Below are positions 27,442-36,335 of a DNA stretch of 64,000 nucleotides, in pieces. A program made the position numbers and the translations under genes. The stretch covers positions 16,030-80,029 of the forward strand of contig CALODB010000007.1 in the NCBI GenBank assembly GCA_942492085.1, in the 5' to 3' direction. The notes below the pieces were generated by a model, which made no database searches, had not been told where the DNA came from, and was given only the letters and a program-made list of their open reading frames with translations. The stretch comes from an uncultured Desulfovibrionaceae bacterium. GTDB taxonomy: Bacteria; Desulfobacterota; Desulfovibrionia; Desulfovibrionales; Desulfovibrionaceae. How positions within the stretch are numbered: position 1 is the first letter of the stretch; every line of letters begins with the position of its first letter.

Positions 27442-28236
27442 ATGAAGCCATTTTCTACTATGCCAGCAGATGTTAAACAAAACATCCGCTACATTCTTAC
27501 CGATATTGATGATACCCTCACAGACGAAGGTCGTCTGCGCGCAGAAGCCTACACTGCCTTAGAAAAGCTGCGTGAAAATGGCTTTGTTGTCATTCCAATT
27601 ACCGGTCGCCCTGCCGGCTGGTGCGACCAGATTGCACGCATGTGGCCTGTAGATGGAGTCGTAGGCGAGAACGGCGCATTCTACTTCCGCTACAACGATG
27701 CATCTAAAAAAATGATTCGCCGTTATGCTACAGCAGACGAACTACGCGCTCAGCACAAAATCAAACTCGCCGAACTTGGCGAACTGGTTGTGGAAGAAGT
27801 TCCCGGTTGTGCCATCTCCGCAGATCAGCCATACCGCGAAACAGATATCGCAATCGACTTTTGCGAAGATGTTCCTGCTCTTTCTATAGAAGCTATTCAT
27901 AAAATTAAAGAAATATGTACAAGTGCAGGTACAACTGCAAAAATCAGCTCAATCCATGTAAACGCATGGTTTGGACAATACGACAAGCTCGCCATGTCTG
28001 CCCGTATCCTTAAAGATGAGTTTTATGTTGAACTCGAAGCCGTGCGTGAACAGGTAGTTTATGCTGGCGACTCGCCAAACGATGCTCCAATGTTTGGCTA
28101 CTTCCCTAATTCTGTAGGCGTAGCAAACGTACTTGATTTTGAAGATACCATCGAACATAAGCCATCATGGATTACTGAAAAACGTGGCGGCGCTGGTTTT
28201 GCACAGATTGCTGAAGGGTTGCTGGCAGCCAAGTAG
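27442..28236 (+). CDS. HAD-superfamily hydrolase, subfamily IIB (sugar-phosphate phosphatase-like)
   Basis: DxDxT motif (LTDIDDTLT), ITGRP motif II, and GDSPNDAPMF motif IV. Confidence 0.75.
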   Translation: MKPFSTMPADVKQNIRYILTDIDDTLTDEGRLRAEAYTALEKLRENGFVVIPITGRPAGWCDQIARMWPVDGVVGENGAFYFRYNDASKKMIRRYATADELRAQHKIKLAELGELVVEEVPGCAISADQPYRETDIAIDFCEDVPALSIEAIHKIKEICTSAGTTAKISSIHVNAWFGQYDKLAMSARILKDEFYVELEAVREQVVYAGDSPNDAPMFGYFPNSVGVANVLDFEDTIEHKPSWITEKRGGAGFAQIAEGLLAAK

Positions 28237-28411
28237 CGAGATGCTTATCAAGAAGCCTCTTGCTCTCTCACAAACGCTGCCCTTACATTCCGTAAGAAAA
28301 TTTTCTCCCAATTGCGTAGTTTTTCTTATAAAATATTCTACGGCACGTCGTGACTCAATTCTTTTTGGGAACATCTTCTTTTCCTTAGATGCGTACCAAC
28401 TCCTTGAACAA

Positions 28412-28440
28412 CAAAAAGCCCTCTTATTGAGGGCTTTTTA
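28412..28440. terminator. Bidirectional terminator
   Basis: AAAGCCCTC / GAGGGCTTT hairpin flanked by an A-run and a T-run. It sits between the convergent HAD gene and the first lipocalin-like gene. Confidence 0.75.
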
Positions 28441-28504
28441 TACCTATACTGAAACAACTGAGCGAGTTATTAGAAGATATAGGTCAGATCACCAATTGAA
28501 CCAT

Positions 28505-28936
28505 CTAATTTTTTAGTACAAACGGCCCCTCGGAAAGGTAATTCGTTTTCTCTGTTACAACCACTTCGTAGATCATATTCGTTTTAAAATTAAGAGTTAT
28601 AACAAGTGTTTGTGCATATTCTTCGCTTCGCCAAGTAAGATAAAACACCTCATCGTCAACCTGCACTACATCAAACTTGATGATGCTGGGATTTTCCATC
28701 TTCATGCCAGACTCAACAGAGAGTTGCATAGTATTAGGGGCAACAATGAGCAACAGATGGGAAGCACCTTTAAAAGGTCCGGTTTGCCAAGTATAAGAAA
28801 TAGTTCTACCAACTAAATCCTGCATTGTTATCGTATTATCCTGCTGAACCGTAACCGTTTCATCCTCTTCTGCATTACCTGCAGTTGCAAAAACCAACGT
28901 CAGCATTAAAACTACTAACAGCCTTTTCATAACCAC
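28505..28936 (-). CDS. Secreted small beta-barrel (lipocalin/MoaF-PadC-like) protein, paralog 1
   Basis: Signal peptide. Shares motifs with the next two genes: DLVGRTISYTWQTGPFKGAS, LTWRSEEYAQTLVITLNFKTNMIYEVVV, LSEGPFVL. Confidence 0.65.
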   Translation of the reverse strand: MVMKRLLVVLMLTLVFATAGNAEEDETVTVQQDNTITMQDLVGRTISYTWQTGPFKGASHLLLIVAPNTMQLSVESGMKMENPSIIKFDVVQVDDEVFYLTWRSEEYAQTLVITLNFKTNMIYEVVVTEKTNYLSEGPFVLKN

Positions 28937-28941
28937 CCCGC

Positions 28942-29415
28942 CTATTGTTCACTTGTCACTTCTTCTTTGAACAACTCCGGTAAGTCTTTTCTGTCTTTCA
29001 TTTTGTCTTTACTTTGCTCTATCGTAAAAGTGCCCTGCAACAGAAAATCTCGTTTGCTCTCCACAATCACACCGAACATTTTCATTGTTTTAAAATTGTA
29101 GGTTACAATTGCCTGAGAACCCGTTGTTTCTTCACGCCATGACACCTGCAAAATTTCACGTCCAACTTTTGTGCACGCGTACTCTACTTCTTCACTTTTG
29201 CCTTTTAAATTTCCAGTTAATGCATACCAGCGCATTGACGTTGGCGTCAGAATGCTTGTTTTATAGGAAGCTCCTACAAAGCTTCCTCGCCGCCATGTTT
29301 CTGTCAGAGTCTTTCCAACTAGATCTTCCGGTTGGATATCCACCTGTTGCGCCATACCGCATGCGGTAATTTGCACAAAAAATATAAAAAACAGTAGAAT
29401 GGGAATTTTACGCAT
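28942..29415 (-). CDS. Lipoprotein, small beta-barrel (lipocalin/MoaF-PadC-like) protein, paralog 2
   Basis: The ATG at 29415 gives MRKIPILLFFIFFVQITACG (lipobox). Motifs DLVGKTLTETWRRGSFVGAS, VSWREETTGSQAIVTYNFKTMKMFGVIV, LLQGTFTI. Extra K/D/E-rich C-terminal tail. Confidence 0.65.
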   Translation of the reverse strand: MRKIPILLFFIFFVQITACGMAQQVDIQPEDLVGKTLTETWRRGSFVGASYKTSILTPTSMRWYALTGNLKGKSEEVEYACTKVGREILQVSWREETTGSQAIVTYNFKTMKMFGVIVESKRDFLLQGTFTIEQSKDKMKDRKDLPELFKEEVTSEQ

Positions 29416-29455
29416 AACTACACCCACTATGTACTTATCCATTAATAACCCTGAA

Positions 29456-29854
29456 CTACTCGAATGCAACTACGCCCTCGGATAATAAATTTTGTCCTTT
29501 ATCAACCCGCACCAAAAAACATCGTTCTGAATCAAAATCCATTGTGACAACATAACTGACGTGTGCTCGGTCACTACGCCATGTCACTAAAATGGTTTTG
29601 GGATTTACCGTAGAAATCAGATAATCCGCTGCACCAGTCGAATTCCCCAAATTCCCTGTAAGTTTCCACACAATATCTTTGGAAGAAAGAAACTGCATCG
29701 TAATAGTAGAATCAGGAAATGCCCCCGACTCCAGTGTCACAATTATTGTCTGCCCCACCAATTCACTGGGCGTAATCTTTGAATGAAAAAGATTGCACCC
29801 GGACAGGACCAACATGAGCAACAGAAAACCAAACACTTGCTGTTTCATGAACAA
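29456..29854 (-). CDS. Lipoprotein, small beta-barrel (lipocalin/MoaF-PadC-like) protein, paralog 3
   Basis: Lipobox LVLSGCN. Motifs ELVGQTIIVTLESGAFPDST, VTWRSDRAHVSYVVTMDFDSERCFLVRV, LLSEGVVAF. Confidence 0.65.
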   Translation of the reverse strand: MFMKQQVFGFLLLMLVLSGCNLFHSKITPSELVGQTIIVTLESGAFPDSTITMQFLSSKDIVWKLTGNLGNSTGAADYLISTVNPKTILVTWRSDRAHVSYVVTMDFDSERCFLVRVDKGQNLLSEGVVAFE

Positions 29855-29932
29855 ACCTCACATGCTCTAAATAGAGGACCTGTTCGTCATGAAGAACAGG
29901 AAGCAGAGCCCCGCCTCCTGTTCCCTCATAAA

Positions 29933-30364
29933 CTATGTGTTCAGCACACCTGTTACTGAATCATTCTGCTCGGAGGTATTCTGCTCTTCAGAGCTGTTTT
30001 TCTCAGGCATAGTTTTATCCATGTCATCTTTCATGGAACTATCATCTTTCTTCATCGTATCAGTGCCCATATCTTTTTTGTCAGCATCATCCTGCATCAT
30101 CTTATCCTGTGACATACCTTTATCAACATTTTCCTCAGGCATAGCTTTTTCTGCGCCATCATCTTTGTTGTCCATCTGATCTTTCTGCATTGTGTCAGGA
30201 GCTGTATCTTGTGGTACTTCCTGCTGTGTATCAGGAGCTGTATCTTGTTGCACTTCCTGCTGTGTATCAGGAGCTTTTGTGTCTGTAGCAGATTTGTCGC
30301 TACCGCAACCAACCATGAACAATGCTGCACAAAGAGCTAATAATATAACATATTTCTTTAACAT
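29933..30364 (-). CDS. Low-complexity acidic Met/Asp/Lys/Gln-rich lipoprotein (143 aa)
   Basis: The ATG at 30364 has a GGGGGA RBS. Lipobox LFMVGCG. The mature part is predicted disordered, with a 12-aa tandem repeat APDTQQEV(Q/P)QDT and many M-x-x-D/K spacings. Confidence 0.65.
   Translation of the reverse strand: MLKKYVILLALCAALFMVGCGSDKSATDTKAPDTQQEVQQDTAPDTQQEVPQDTAPDTMQKDQMDNKDDGAEKAMPEENVDKGMSQDKMMQDDADKKDMGTDTMKKDDSSMKDDMDKTMPEKNSSEEQNTSEQNDSVTGVLNT
30189..30283. repeat. About 2.5 copies of a 36-bp in-frame tandem repeat
   Basis: TGTGTATCAGGAGCTGTATCTTGTTGCACTTCCTGC (30225-30260), with a diverged copy before it and a partial copy after it. Encodes APDTQQEVxQDT on the minus strand. Confidence 0.8.
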
Positions 30365-30744
30365 ACTTTTTCCCCCGTTATAGATACGGTCTGATTTAAT
30401 TGTCTTAAAATGACACAAAAAGATATGCACTAGGTAGTATAGGCATAGAAAAATAATTTAGATTTCAGTATATAATAACAAAAAAAAGACTAGCACTTTG
30501 CAATTACATACTATTTTTAAAGAAACTTTAAAAAATAACTGTTTTTAGTGTATTACAACAATAAAAATGCAACCAGTTGCCGATATTGCAGTATACATTT
30601 CAAACATACATAACATACTGCTTTCGTGCTTATTTTTAAAAAAACGCTTCTTGACTTCAAAAAACAACTTCATAAAATGCACAAAGTATTTCCCATTAAT
30701 ACTTACTCACAAACAACTCATAACATACTGAAAGGGATATCTAT

Positions 30745-31038
30745 ATGTTCATCGTTTCTCTCACGTACACATGTGAAATGGCACAAATTGATGCACACCT
30801 TGCAGCACACGTTGCCTACCTTAAGGAACAGTATGCATTGGGAAACTTTGTTGCATCAGGCAGAAAAGTTCCACGTACAGGCGGCGTAATTTTGGCTCGT
30901 TGTGAATCCCGTGAAGCACTTGAAGCAGTGCTCGAACTTGACCCGTTCCACAAAGAAAAGCTTGCTGCTTACGAAATTCAGGAATTTATTCCAACAATGG
31001 TAGGCGAAGGTCTTGAGGCAATGCGAGAAGACGCGTAA
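30745..31038 (+). CDS. YciI-like (DGPF domain) protein
   Basis: 97 aa. The pattern MFIVSLTY...HLAAHVAYLKE...G..VASG...GGVILA....EALEAVLELDPF is typical of the YciI family. Confidence 0.75.
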   Translation: MFIVSLTYTCEMAQIDAHLAAHVAYLKEQYALGNFVASGRKVPRTGGVILARCESREALEAVLELDPFHKEKLAAYEIQEFIPTMVGEGLEAMREDA

Positions 31039-31315
31039 TTGACGGCAATGAACAAGCCATCTTCTGATAAAAAGACAGTGGAGGAGCAGGAGAACCTGCT
31101 CCAATCCAGAGGGTTTTCGCGAGCTCCAGAGGGAAAAACACCTCTCCCCGGGCAATATGCTATTGAGCTGGAAACAGACACCGCAACAACCGGCGCGAAC
31201 GGAACACAGCCCTCATACTCATTTCTTGTCAATTCAGGTCACTGCCTAAAAAAACTCACAGGCTTTACAATCAGCCCTTAGCACAGACACCTTTTCAGCT
31301 TACAAGGACAACATC

Positions 31316-32611
31316 GTGGGACACATCATTGCAAAAGATATCTACAAAGAACTCGGGGGAAAACTCGACGGCTCTCTAGTACGTATGCCTTGGAATGATG
31401 CCATGAAAGAGATGGTTACCTATCTCTACACTCCAGCAGAAGCAGAACTCATTGTTGCAATGCCATACAGACCAGCAACACTGGAACGCATTGCAGGAAT
31501 GACGGGTATAAATGAAACCAAGCTCCGCTTCATGCTCGACGGCCTGTGTAAAAAGGGACTTGTCTGCGACATCTGGAACGGCAATCAGTACGAATACATG
31601 GTCAGCCCTTTTGTTGTCGGTTTCTTTGAATTTACGATGATGCGTACCGGTTCGAATTTGCCGCAAACAAAATGGGCAGAACTCTTTCAGGGATACATGT
31701 TCGGAAAAAAAGAGTTTCTGGATGCAAACTTTGCTGATGGTCAAGAAATTTCGGTCATGCGCGCTTTGCCGCATGAAGAAACCATCATTGCTGATTCGCA
31801 TGTTGAAGTACTAGATTACGAACGCGCGGCTGCACTTATTGATGCCCAGTCGTCTTTTGCAGTTGGTCTATGTTCGTGTCGACACGAAAAACATCATCTA
31901 GGCGAACAGAAATGCACTGTCCCGTTGGACACTTGCACGACTATTGGTGAGGGTGCAGAATTTCTGATTCGAAACAATCTCGCACGCCGTTCCAGTAAAG
32001 ACGAAATGTACGACATTCTCGACCGTTCCAAAGACATGGGATTCACCCTCACTGCAGATAATGTGAAGCAGGATGTAGGCTTCATCTGTCACTGCTGCGG
32101 TTGCTGTTGTAACCTCATGAACGGAATCAAAAAGACCGGCTATACCAACATTCTGGTGTCATCTTCTTTTGTAGTCACATGTAGCGATGAAGACTGTATA
32201 GGATGCGGCATCTGCGCCAAAGCGTGTCCGGTTGATGCCATTTCTATGCAGAAACGCTTCGGAGCTGTCATCGACGGCCATCGCCCTAAAAAACTAGCAA
32301 TGATTGACGAAAATCGCTGTCTTGGCTGTGGTGTCTGTGTATTAAAATGCAAACCAAAAGCCTTAGTTCTGGAAAAATCCACAAAGCGCGTCATCCACCC
32401 TGAAGACACCTTTGAGCGTGCGATTCTTCAGTCACTGGAGCGGGATACTCTGCAAAACTTACTCTTCGATAATCCTAATAGCAAAGCAGAGAACTTCATG
32501 CGTGCCGTTCTTGGCGGATTTCTCAAACTACCTTCTGTTAAAAAAGGTCTCATGAGCGATAAACTACGATCACGCTTCTTAGAAACCTTGCGTTTCATGT
32601 CAGGAAGCTAA
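31316..32611 (+). CDS. Fe-S protein with 2x[4Fe-4S] ferredoxin domain and an extra Cys-rich motif
   Basis: GTG start with an AAGGA RBS. CIGCGICAKACP and CLGCGVCVLKCKP ferredoxin motifs, plus CHCCGCCCN and CSCRHEKHH...C clusters upstream. Confidence 0.7.
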   Translation: MGHIIAKDIYKELGGKLDGSLVRMPWNDAMKEMVTYLYTPAEAELIVAMPYRPATLERIAGMTGINETKLRFMLDGLCKKGLVCDIWNGNQYEYMVSPFVVGFFEFTMMRTGSNLPQTKWAELFQGYMFGKKEFLDANFADGQEISVMRALPHEETIIADSHVEVLDYERAAALIDAQSSFAVGLCSCRHEKHHLGEQKCTVPLDTCTTIGEGAEFLIRNNLARRSSKDEMYDILDRSKDMGFTLTADNVKQDVGFICHCCGCCCNLMNGIKKTGYTNILVSSSFVVTCSDEDCIGCGICAKACPVDAISMQKRFGAVIDGHRPKKLAMIDENRCLGCGVCVLKCKPKALVLEKSTKRVIHPEDTFERAILQSLERDTLQNLLFDNPNSKAENFMRAVLGGFLKLPSVKKGLMSDKLRSRFLETLRFMSGS

Positions 32612-32726
32612 AACTTTCTACAGAGACAGACTAGTTCCACAAAAAGCGGTATAGCTGTTTCAGAAACTACGGGGTATCAAATAGCTCATTGACGCCGAGC
32701 CCAGTTCGTCCTACCTGTGTCAGATA

Positions 32727-35144
32727 ATGCCAAAGACACTTATTATTGCAGAAAAACCCTCGGTTGCCCGCGAAATTGCCCCGCATGTAAACGCCACCAA
32801 CCGCAAGGAAGGATATTTAGAAGGTGCCACCCATATTGTCAGTTGGGCAGTGGGACACCTTGTAGGCATTGCTGAACCTGAAGAACAGCATGAAGCATGG
32901 CAGGGACGATGGACCATAAGCCAACTGCCGATCATTCCACCTAAATTTAAACTTGCCGTCCTTAAAGAAGGTCAACGGCAATATGCAGTTCTTAATCGAT
33001 TACTGAACGATCAGAACGTGTCTGACGTTGTCAACGCAACAGATGCCGGGCGCGAAGGTGAACTTATCTTCCGCCGCATTTACCTCATGGCAGGCTGCGA
33101 CAAGCCTGTGAAGCGTCTGTGGGCGAACGACATGACTGAAGAAGGGCTGAAAAAAAGCTTAAACAAGCTCATGCCTGACTCAAAAAAACGGAATCTGGGA
33201 CTTGCCTCATTTGCCAGAGCTGAAGCTGACTGGCTGATAGGCATGAACTTTTCCCGCTTATTCACAGTGAAAGCTAACCGCCTCATCTCTGTGGGACGCG
33301 TGCAGACGCCTGTTCTCAAACTGCTCACTGAGCGCAGCAACGAAATCGACCACTTTGAACCAAAAGACTACTGGACTGTTGAAGCTACCTTCTGCCGTCC
33401 TGAAAAATCGAGTGCGCCCAAAGAAATTAAGCCAGAATCCGACGAACAACAGGAAGCCCCCCCTGAGTGTTTTTCCGCTACCTATCATCTCCCTGAAGAT
33501 GAAAAGGAAACGCGCATAAACTTTGAATCCCGTGCGCAAAATATCGTTACGGAATGCAAAGACAAAGCAGGTAAAGTTGAAGGCGTCGTGAGCCGTAAAG
33601 GCACTACAAAGCCTCCGCTTCCGTTTGACCTCACAACACTCCAGCGTGAAGCAAATACCCGTTTCGGACTTTCAGCAAAAGACACGCTCGGCATTGCACA
33701 GGCACTGTACGAGCAGAAAAAACTCATTACCTACCCACGTACGGATTCACGCCATTTAACTAAAGAACTGTTTGCAGAAATTCTCACCTATTTCCGCGCA
33801 ATCTATCCTTTATATAAAGAAGAAACAGTTCCGGCAGTGAACAGAATTAAAGACGGTAAAAAGTTTCCGTGTGTGAACGATAAAAAAGTTACCGATCACC
33901 ACGCCATCATTCCTACAGCCCGCAAGGCAAATATTCTTCAACTCTCCGGTGATGAGCAGAAAATTTATGAAATGATTTGCCGTCGATTTATCGCGGCGTT
34001 CAGTCAAGAAGCTGTGTACCAGTCCTCCACTATTCGCGTTCTTGTGGGTGAACATTTGTTCATAGCAAAAGGGAAAGTGTTTAAGGACAAAGGCTGGCTT
34101 GTGGTTGAACCTTGGAGAACAGCGCAGGACAATCCTCTGCCGTCCCTCCGTAAAGGTGCCACTGTAGATACACAGGCGATTGATACCGTAAAACGCCAAA
34201 CCAAAGCACCTGCACATTTCACTGATGCATCGCTGCTGAGTGCAATGGAAACAGCAGGTAAATTTGTAGAAGACGAAGAGCTTCGCCTCGCAATGAAAGA
34301 ACGTGGGCTAGGCACACCGGCAACACGTGCGCAGGTTATTGAAACCCTGCTTTCGCGCAAATATATTACAAGAAATGGCAAAAAACTTCAGGCAACCACT
34401 TCCGGTCAGGAAGTTGTTGAAGTTATCTCCGCTATGCTGCCCGATATCGTTTCTCCTGAAATGACAGGCCAATGGGAAAAGAAACTCAAGGATATTGAGG
34501 GTGGCACTGCCACCTATCCAGAATTCATGCATTCCATCCGCCATCTTGTTGCGGGCAGTATCCATAATATTAAGGATAGAAGCCTTGCGCCTATTCTGCT
34601 GGCAATGAAAGCCAAAGAAGTCGGAGAACGGGAACCGAACGGAAAATGTCCACTTTGTGGTGGTGAAGTCGCAGATCTGGATAAACGATACGCCTGCTCG
34701 AACTGGAAGCGTGACGACGGCGGTTGCCTGTTTGTTATTTGGAAAAATATGTTTGGCAGAGCTATCGACAAAACAATCGTTGATGAATTGCTCACCAAGG
34801 GGCGCACAGCAGAACCGCTGGATCTCATATCCAAGGCTGGCAAAGAATATTCTGCCTATTTAAAGATAGAGCTTGGTCAGGTTAAATTGGAATTTGACAA
34901 TTCCCAGCGCCCGTATGCTTCGAATCAACAGTTTCAATCGGGTCAATCCACGCAACAGGGTCAGCAGTTTCAACAGGCTGCACCATACGATGGTGTCGAC
35001 CCCGAAGATATGCCGCCGCCATCACCTATTCCTGGACAAGAAGACTTCATGTCTCCTCCAGCATATGATGAAATATCAACGCCACAATCATCACCCCAGC
35101 CTCTATTAAATGAGGAACCTGCTGACGTATCTTTACAGGATTAG
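32727..35144 (+). CDS. topB: DNA topoisomerase III with C-terminal zinc ribbon and Q/P-rich tail
   Basis: Toprim start (LIIAEKPSVAREIA), DAGREGE motif, type IA core (ITYPRTDSRHL catalytic Tyr region), CPLCGG...C...C zinc ribbon, then a low-complexity tail of about 100 aa (QQFQSGQSTQQGQQFQQ, P-rich). Confidence 0.85.
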   Translation: MPKTLIIAEKPSVAREIAPHVNATNRKEGYLEGATHIVSWAVGHLVGIAEPEEQHEAWQGRWTISQLPIIPPKFKLAVLKEGQRQYAVLNRLLNDQNVSDVVNATDAGREGELIFRRIYLMAGCDKPVKRLWANDMTEEGLKKSLNKLMPDSKKRNLGLASFARAEADWLIGMNFSRLFTVKANRLISVGRVQTPVLKLLTERSNEIDHFEPKDYWTVEATFCRPEKSSAPKEIKPESDEQQEAPPECFSATYHLPEDEKETRINFESRAQNIVTECKDKAGKVEGVVSRKGTTKPPLPFDLTTLQREANTRFGLSAKDTLGIAQALYEQKKLITYPRTDSRHLTKELFAEILTYFRAIYPLYKEETVPAVNRIKDGKKFPCVNDKKVTDHHAIIPTARKANILQLSGDEQKIYEMICRRFIAAFSQEAVYQSSTIRVLVGEHLFIAKGKVFKDKGWLVVEPWRTAQDNPLPSLRKGATVDTQAIDTVKRQTKAPAHFTDASLLSAMETAGKFVEDEELRLAMKERGLGTPATRAQVIETLLSRKYITRNGKKLQATTSGQEVVEVISAMLPDIVSPEMTGQWEKKLKDIEGGTATYPEFMHSIRHLVAGSIHNIKDRSLAPILLAMKAKEVGEREPNGKCPLCGGEVADLDKRYACSNWKRDDGGCLFVIWKNMFGRAIDKTIVDELLTKGRTAEPLDLISKAGKEYSAYLKIELGQVKLEFDNSQRPYASNQQFQSGQSTQQGQQFQQAAPYDGVDPEDMPPPSPIPGQEDFMSPPAYDEISTPQSSPQPLLNEEPADVSLQD

Positions 35145-35165
35145 CATCCCTCTTTTAAAAAACAT

Positions 35166-35195
35166 AAGCCCGCAATTTATTGCGGGCTTTTTTTA
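35166..35195 (+). terminator. Rho-independent terminator of topB
   Basis: AAGCCCGCAA / TTGCGGGCTT hairpin followed by T6. Confidence 0.85.
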
Positions 35196-35329
35196 TGAAT
35201 CATCAACAAACAAAAATTAATTCAATAAATACTGGCAATAAGATGCAACAAAGGTACGTTACACTCTTATGAATGCACCTTGTATTGCATTCAACAACCA
35301 GAGAAAGTTAGAAAAAGTTCTTTTTCCGC

Positions 35330-35372
35330 TTTACAAGAACACTACCTTTCTATAACAGTAATGATTCCTATT
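35330..35372 (+). promoter_or_regulatory. Promoter (TTTACA-15-TATAAC) with overlapping 19-bp palindromic operator, copy 1
   Basis: AACAGTAATGATTCCTATT (35354-35372) is 2 mismatches from the perfect 9-1-9 palindrome AACAGGAAT-N-ATTCCTGTT. It overlaps the -10 element, 37 nt upstream of the rbr ATG. Confidence 0.55.
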
Positions 35373-35408
35373 AACAAACGGTTAACAACAAATCTGACGG
35401 AGTAACCC

Positions 35409-35906
35409 ATGAGTAAAACTGCTGAAAATTTGATGGCTGCATTTGCAGGTGAATCACAAGCCAACCGTAAATACCTTGCCTATGCTGCAAAAGCAGAAAA
35501 AGAAGGTCATACACAGGTTGCAAAACTTTTCCGTGCAGCTGCCGATGCTGAAACCATTCACGCTCATGCACACCTTCGCAATGCAGGAAAGATAGGTACC
35601 ACCCTTGAGAACCTCAAGGATGCCATCGCAGGCGAAACTCATGAATTTAAAAATATGTATCCTGAAATGATCAAGGACGCTGAAGCTGAAGGGCAAAAAG
35701 CAGCGCTACGCTTCTTCACCTATGCCAACAAGGCAGAAGAGGTGCACGCAACCTTGTACCAGAAAATGATGGATACCGTAGATAATCCGGTAGAAACCGA
35801 CTATTACAACTGCTCTGTTTGCGGCTACACACACGAAGGGCCGTTTGAAGGTGATAAGTGCCCTATCTGTAACGCATCCCCTTCAGCGTTTTACAAAGTA
35901 GACTAG
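35409..35906 (+). CDS. rbr: Rubrerythrin
   Basis: Di-iron four-helix-bundle ligand motifs (E..E, EGH, E..H) plus a C-terminal rubredoxin-like CxxC...CxxC (CSVCGYTHEG...CPICNA). Confidence 0.92.
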   Translation: MSKTAENLMAAFAGESQANRKYLAYAAKAEKEGHTQVAKLFRAAADAETIHAHAHLRNAGKIGTTLENLKDAIAGETHEFKNMYPEMIKDAEAEGQKAALRFFTYANKAEEVHATLYQKMMDTVDNPVETDYYNCSVCGYTHEGPFEGDKCPICNASPSAFYKVD

Positions 35907-35953
35907 CACTCATACGCTGCCGACATGAGTATGTGCTGATAACTAAATACAAA

Positions 35954-36001
35954 AGCAGGAACCTGTACAACTCCACTTGTATTCAGGTTCCTGCTCTTTT
36001 G
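35954..36001 (+). terminator. Rho-independent terminator of rbr copy 1
   Basis: AGCAGGAACCTG (35954-35965) / CAGGTTCCTGCT (35984-35995), followed by CTTTTGT. Confidence 0.75.
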
Positions 36002-36248
36002 TAGGTAACGCACATACACTGCTGCGGAATACTTTCCAACAGACAATATACGTCGTTTCAACCCGTTTGCTGGGAAACCTTTAATGCCAGACGCCTTATG
36101 GATAACCTCTGTCCTGCGGCAAATTATGGTTTTCCAGCAAACCTTTTTCCCTACTCTTACAAAACATACTACGCTGAATGCTTTGTAATTCTCTGAAGAT
36201 AAATTTTTCAGGATAAAAATAGAACTAGATAAAAATTTTATTTTTTAC

Positions 36249-36292
36249 TTTACAAACTTGATTGAGAAATATAAACAGTAATCATTCCTGTT
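36249..36292 (+). promoter_or_regulatory. Promoter (TTTACA-15-TATAAA) with overlapping 19-bp palindromic operator, copy 2
   Basis: AACAGTAATCATTCCTGTT (36274-36292) is 1 mismatch from the perfect palindrome. Same geometry as copy 1. Confidence 0.55.
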
Positions 36293-36335
36293 AAGGAAGA
36301 TCTAAGCAACAAATAACACACTTGTGGAGTGAATA

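Noticed and set aside
29456-29469. Apparent 14-nt overlap between lipocalin-like paralogs 2 and 3, implied by the long 175-aa ORF.
   Set aside because: The lipoprotein signal peptide begins at the internal ATG at 29415. With that start there is no overlap.
30189-30283. Short tandem repeats that could be mistaken for a mini CRISPR array.
   Set aside because: The repeats are directly adjacent with no spacers, are in frame, and encode a 12-aa peptide repeat within a lipoprotein gene. No cas genes are in the window.
31039-31281. 80-aa ORF in the gap between the YciI-like gene and the Fe-S protein gene.
   Set aside because: It has a non-ATG start directly abutting the upstream stop codon, no RBS and no recognisable motif. 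It is left unannotated.
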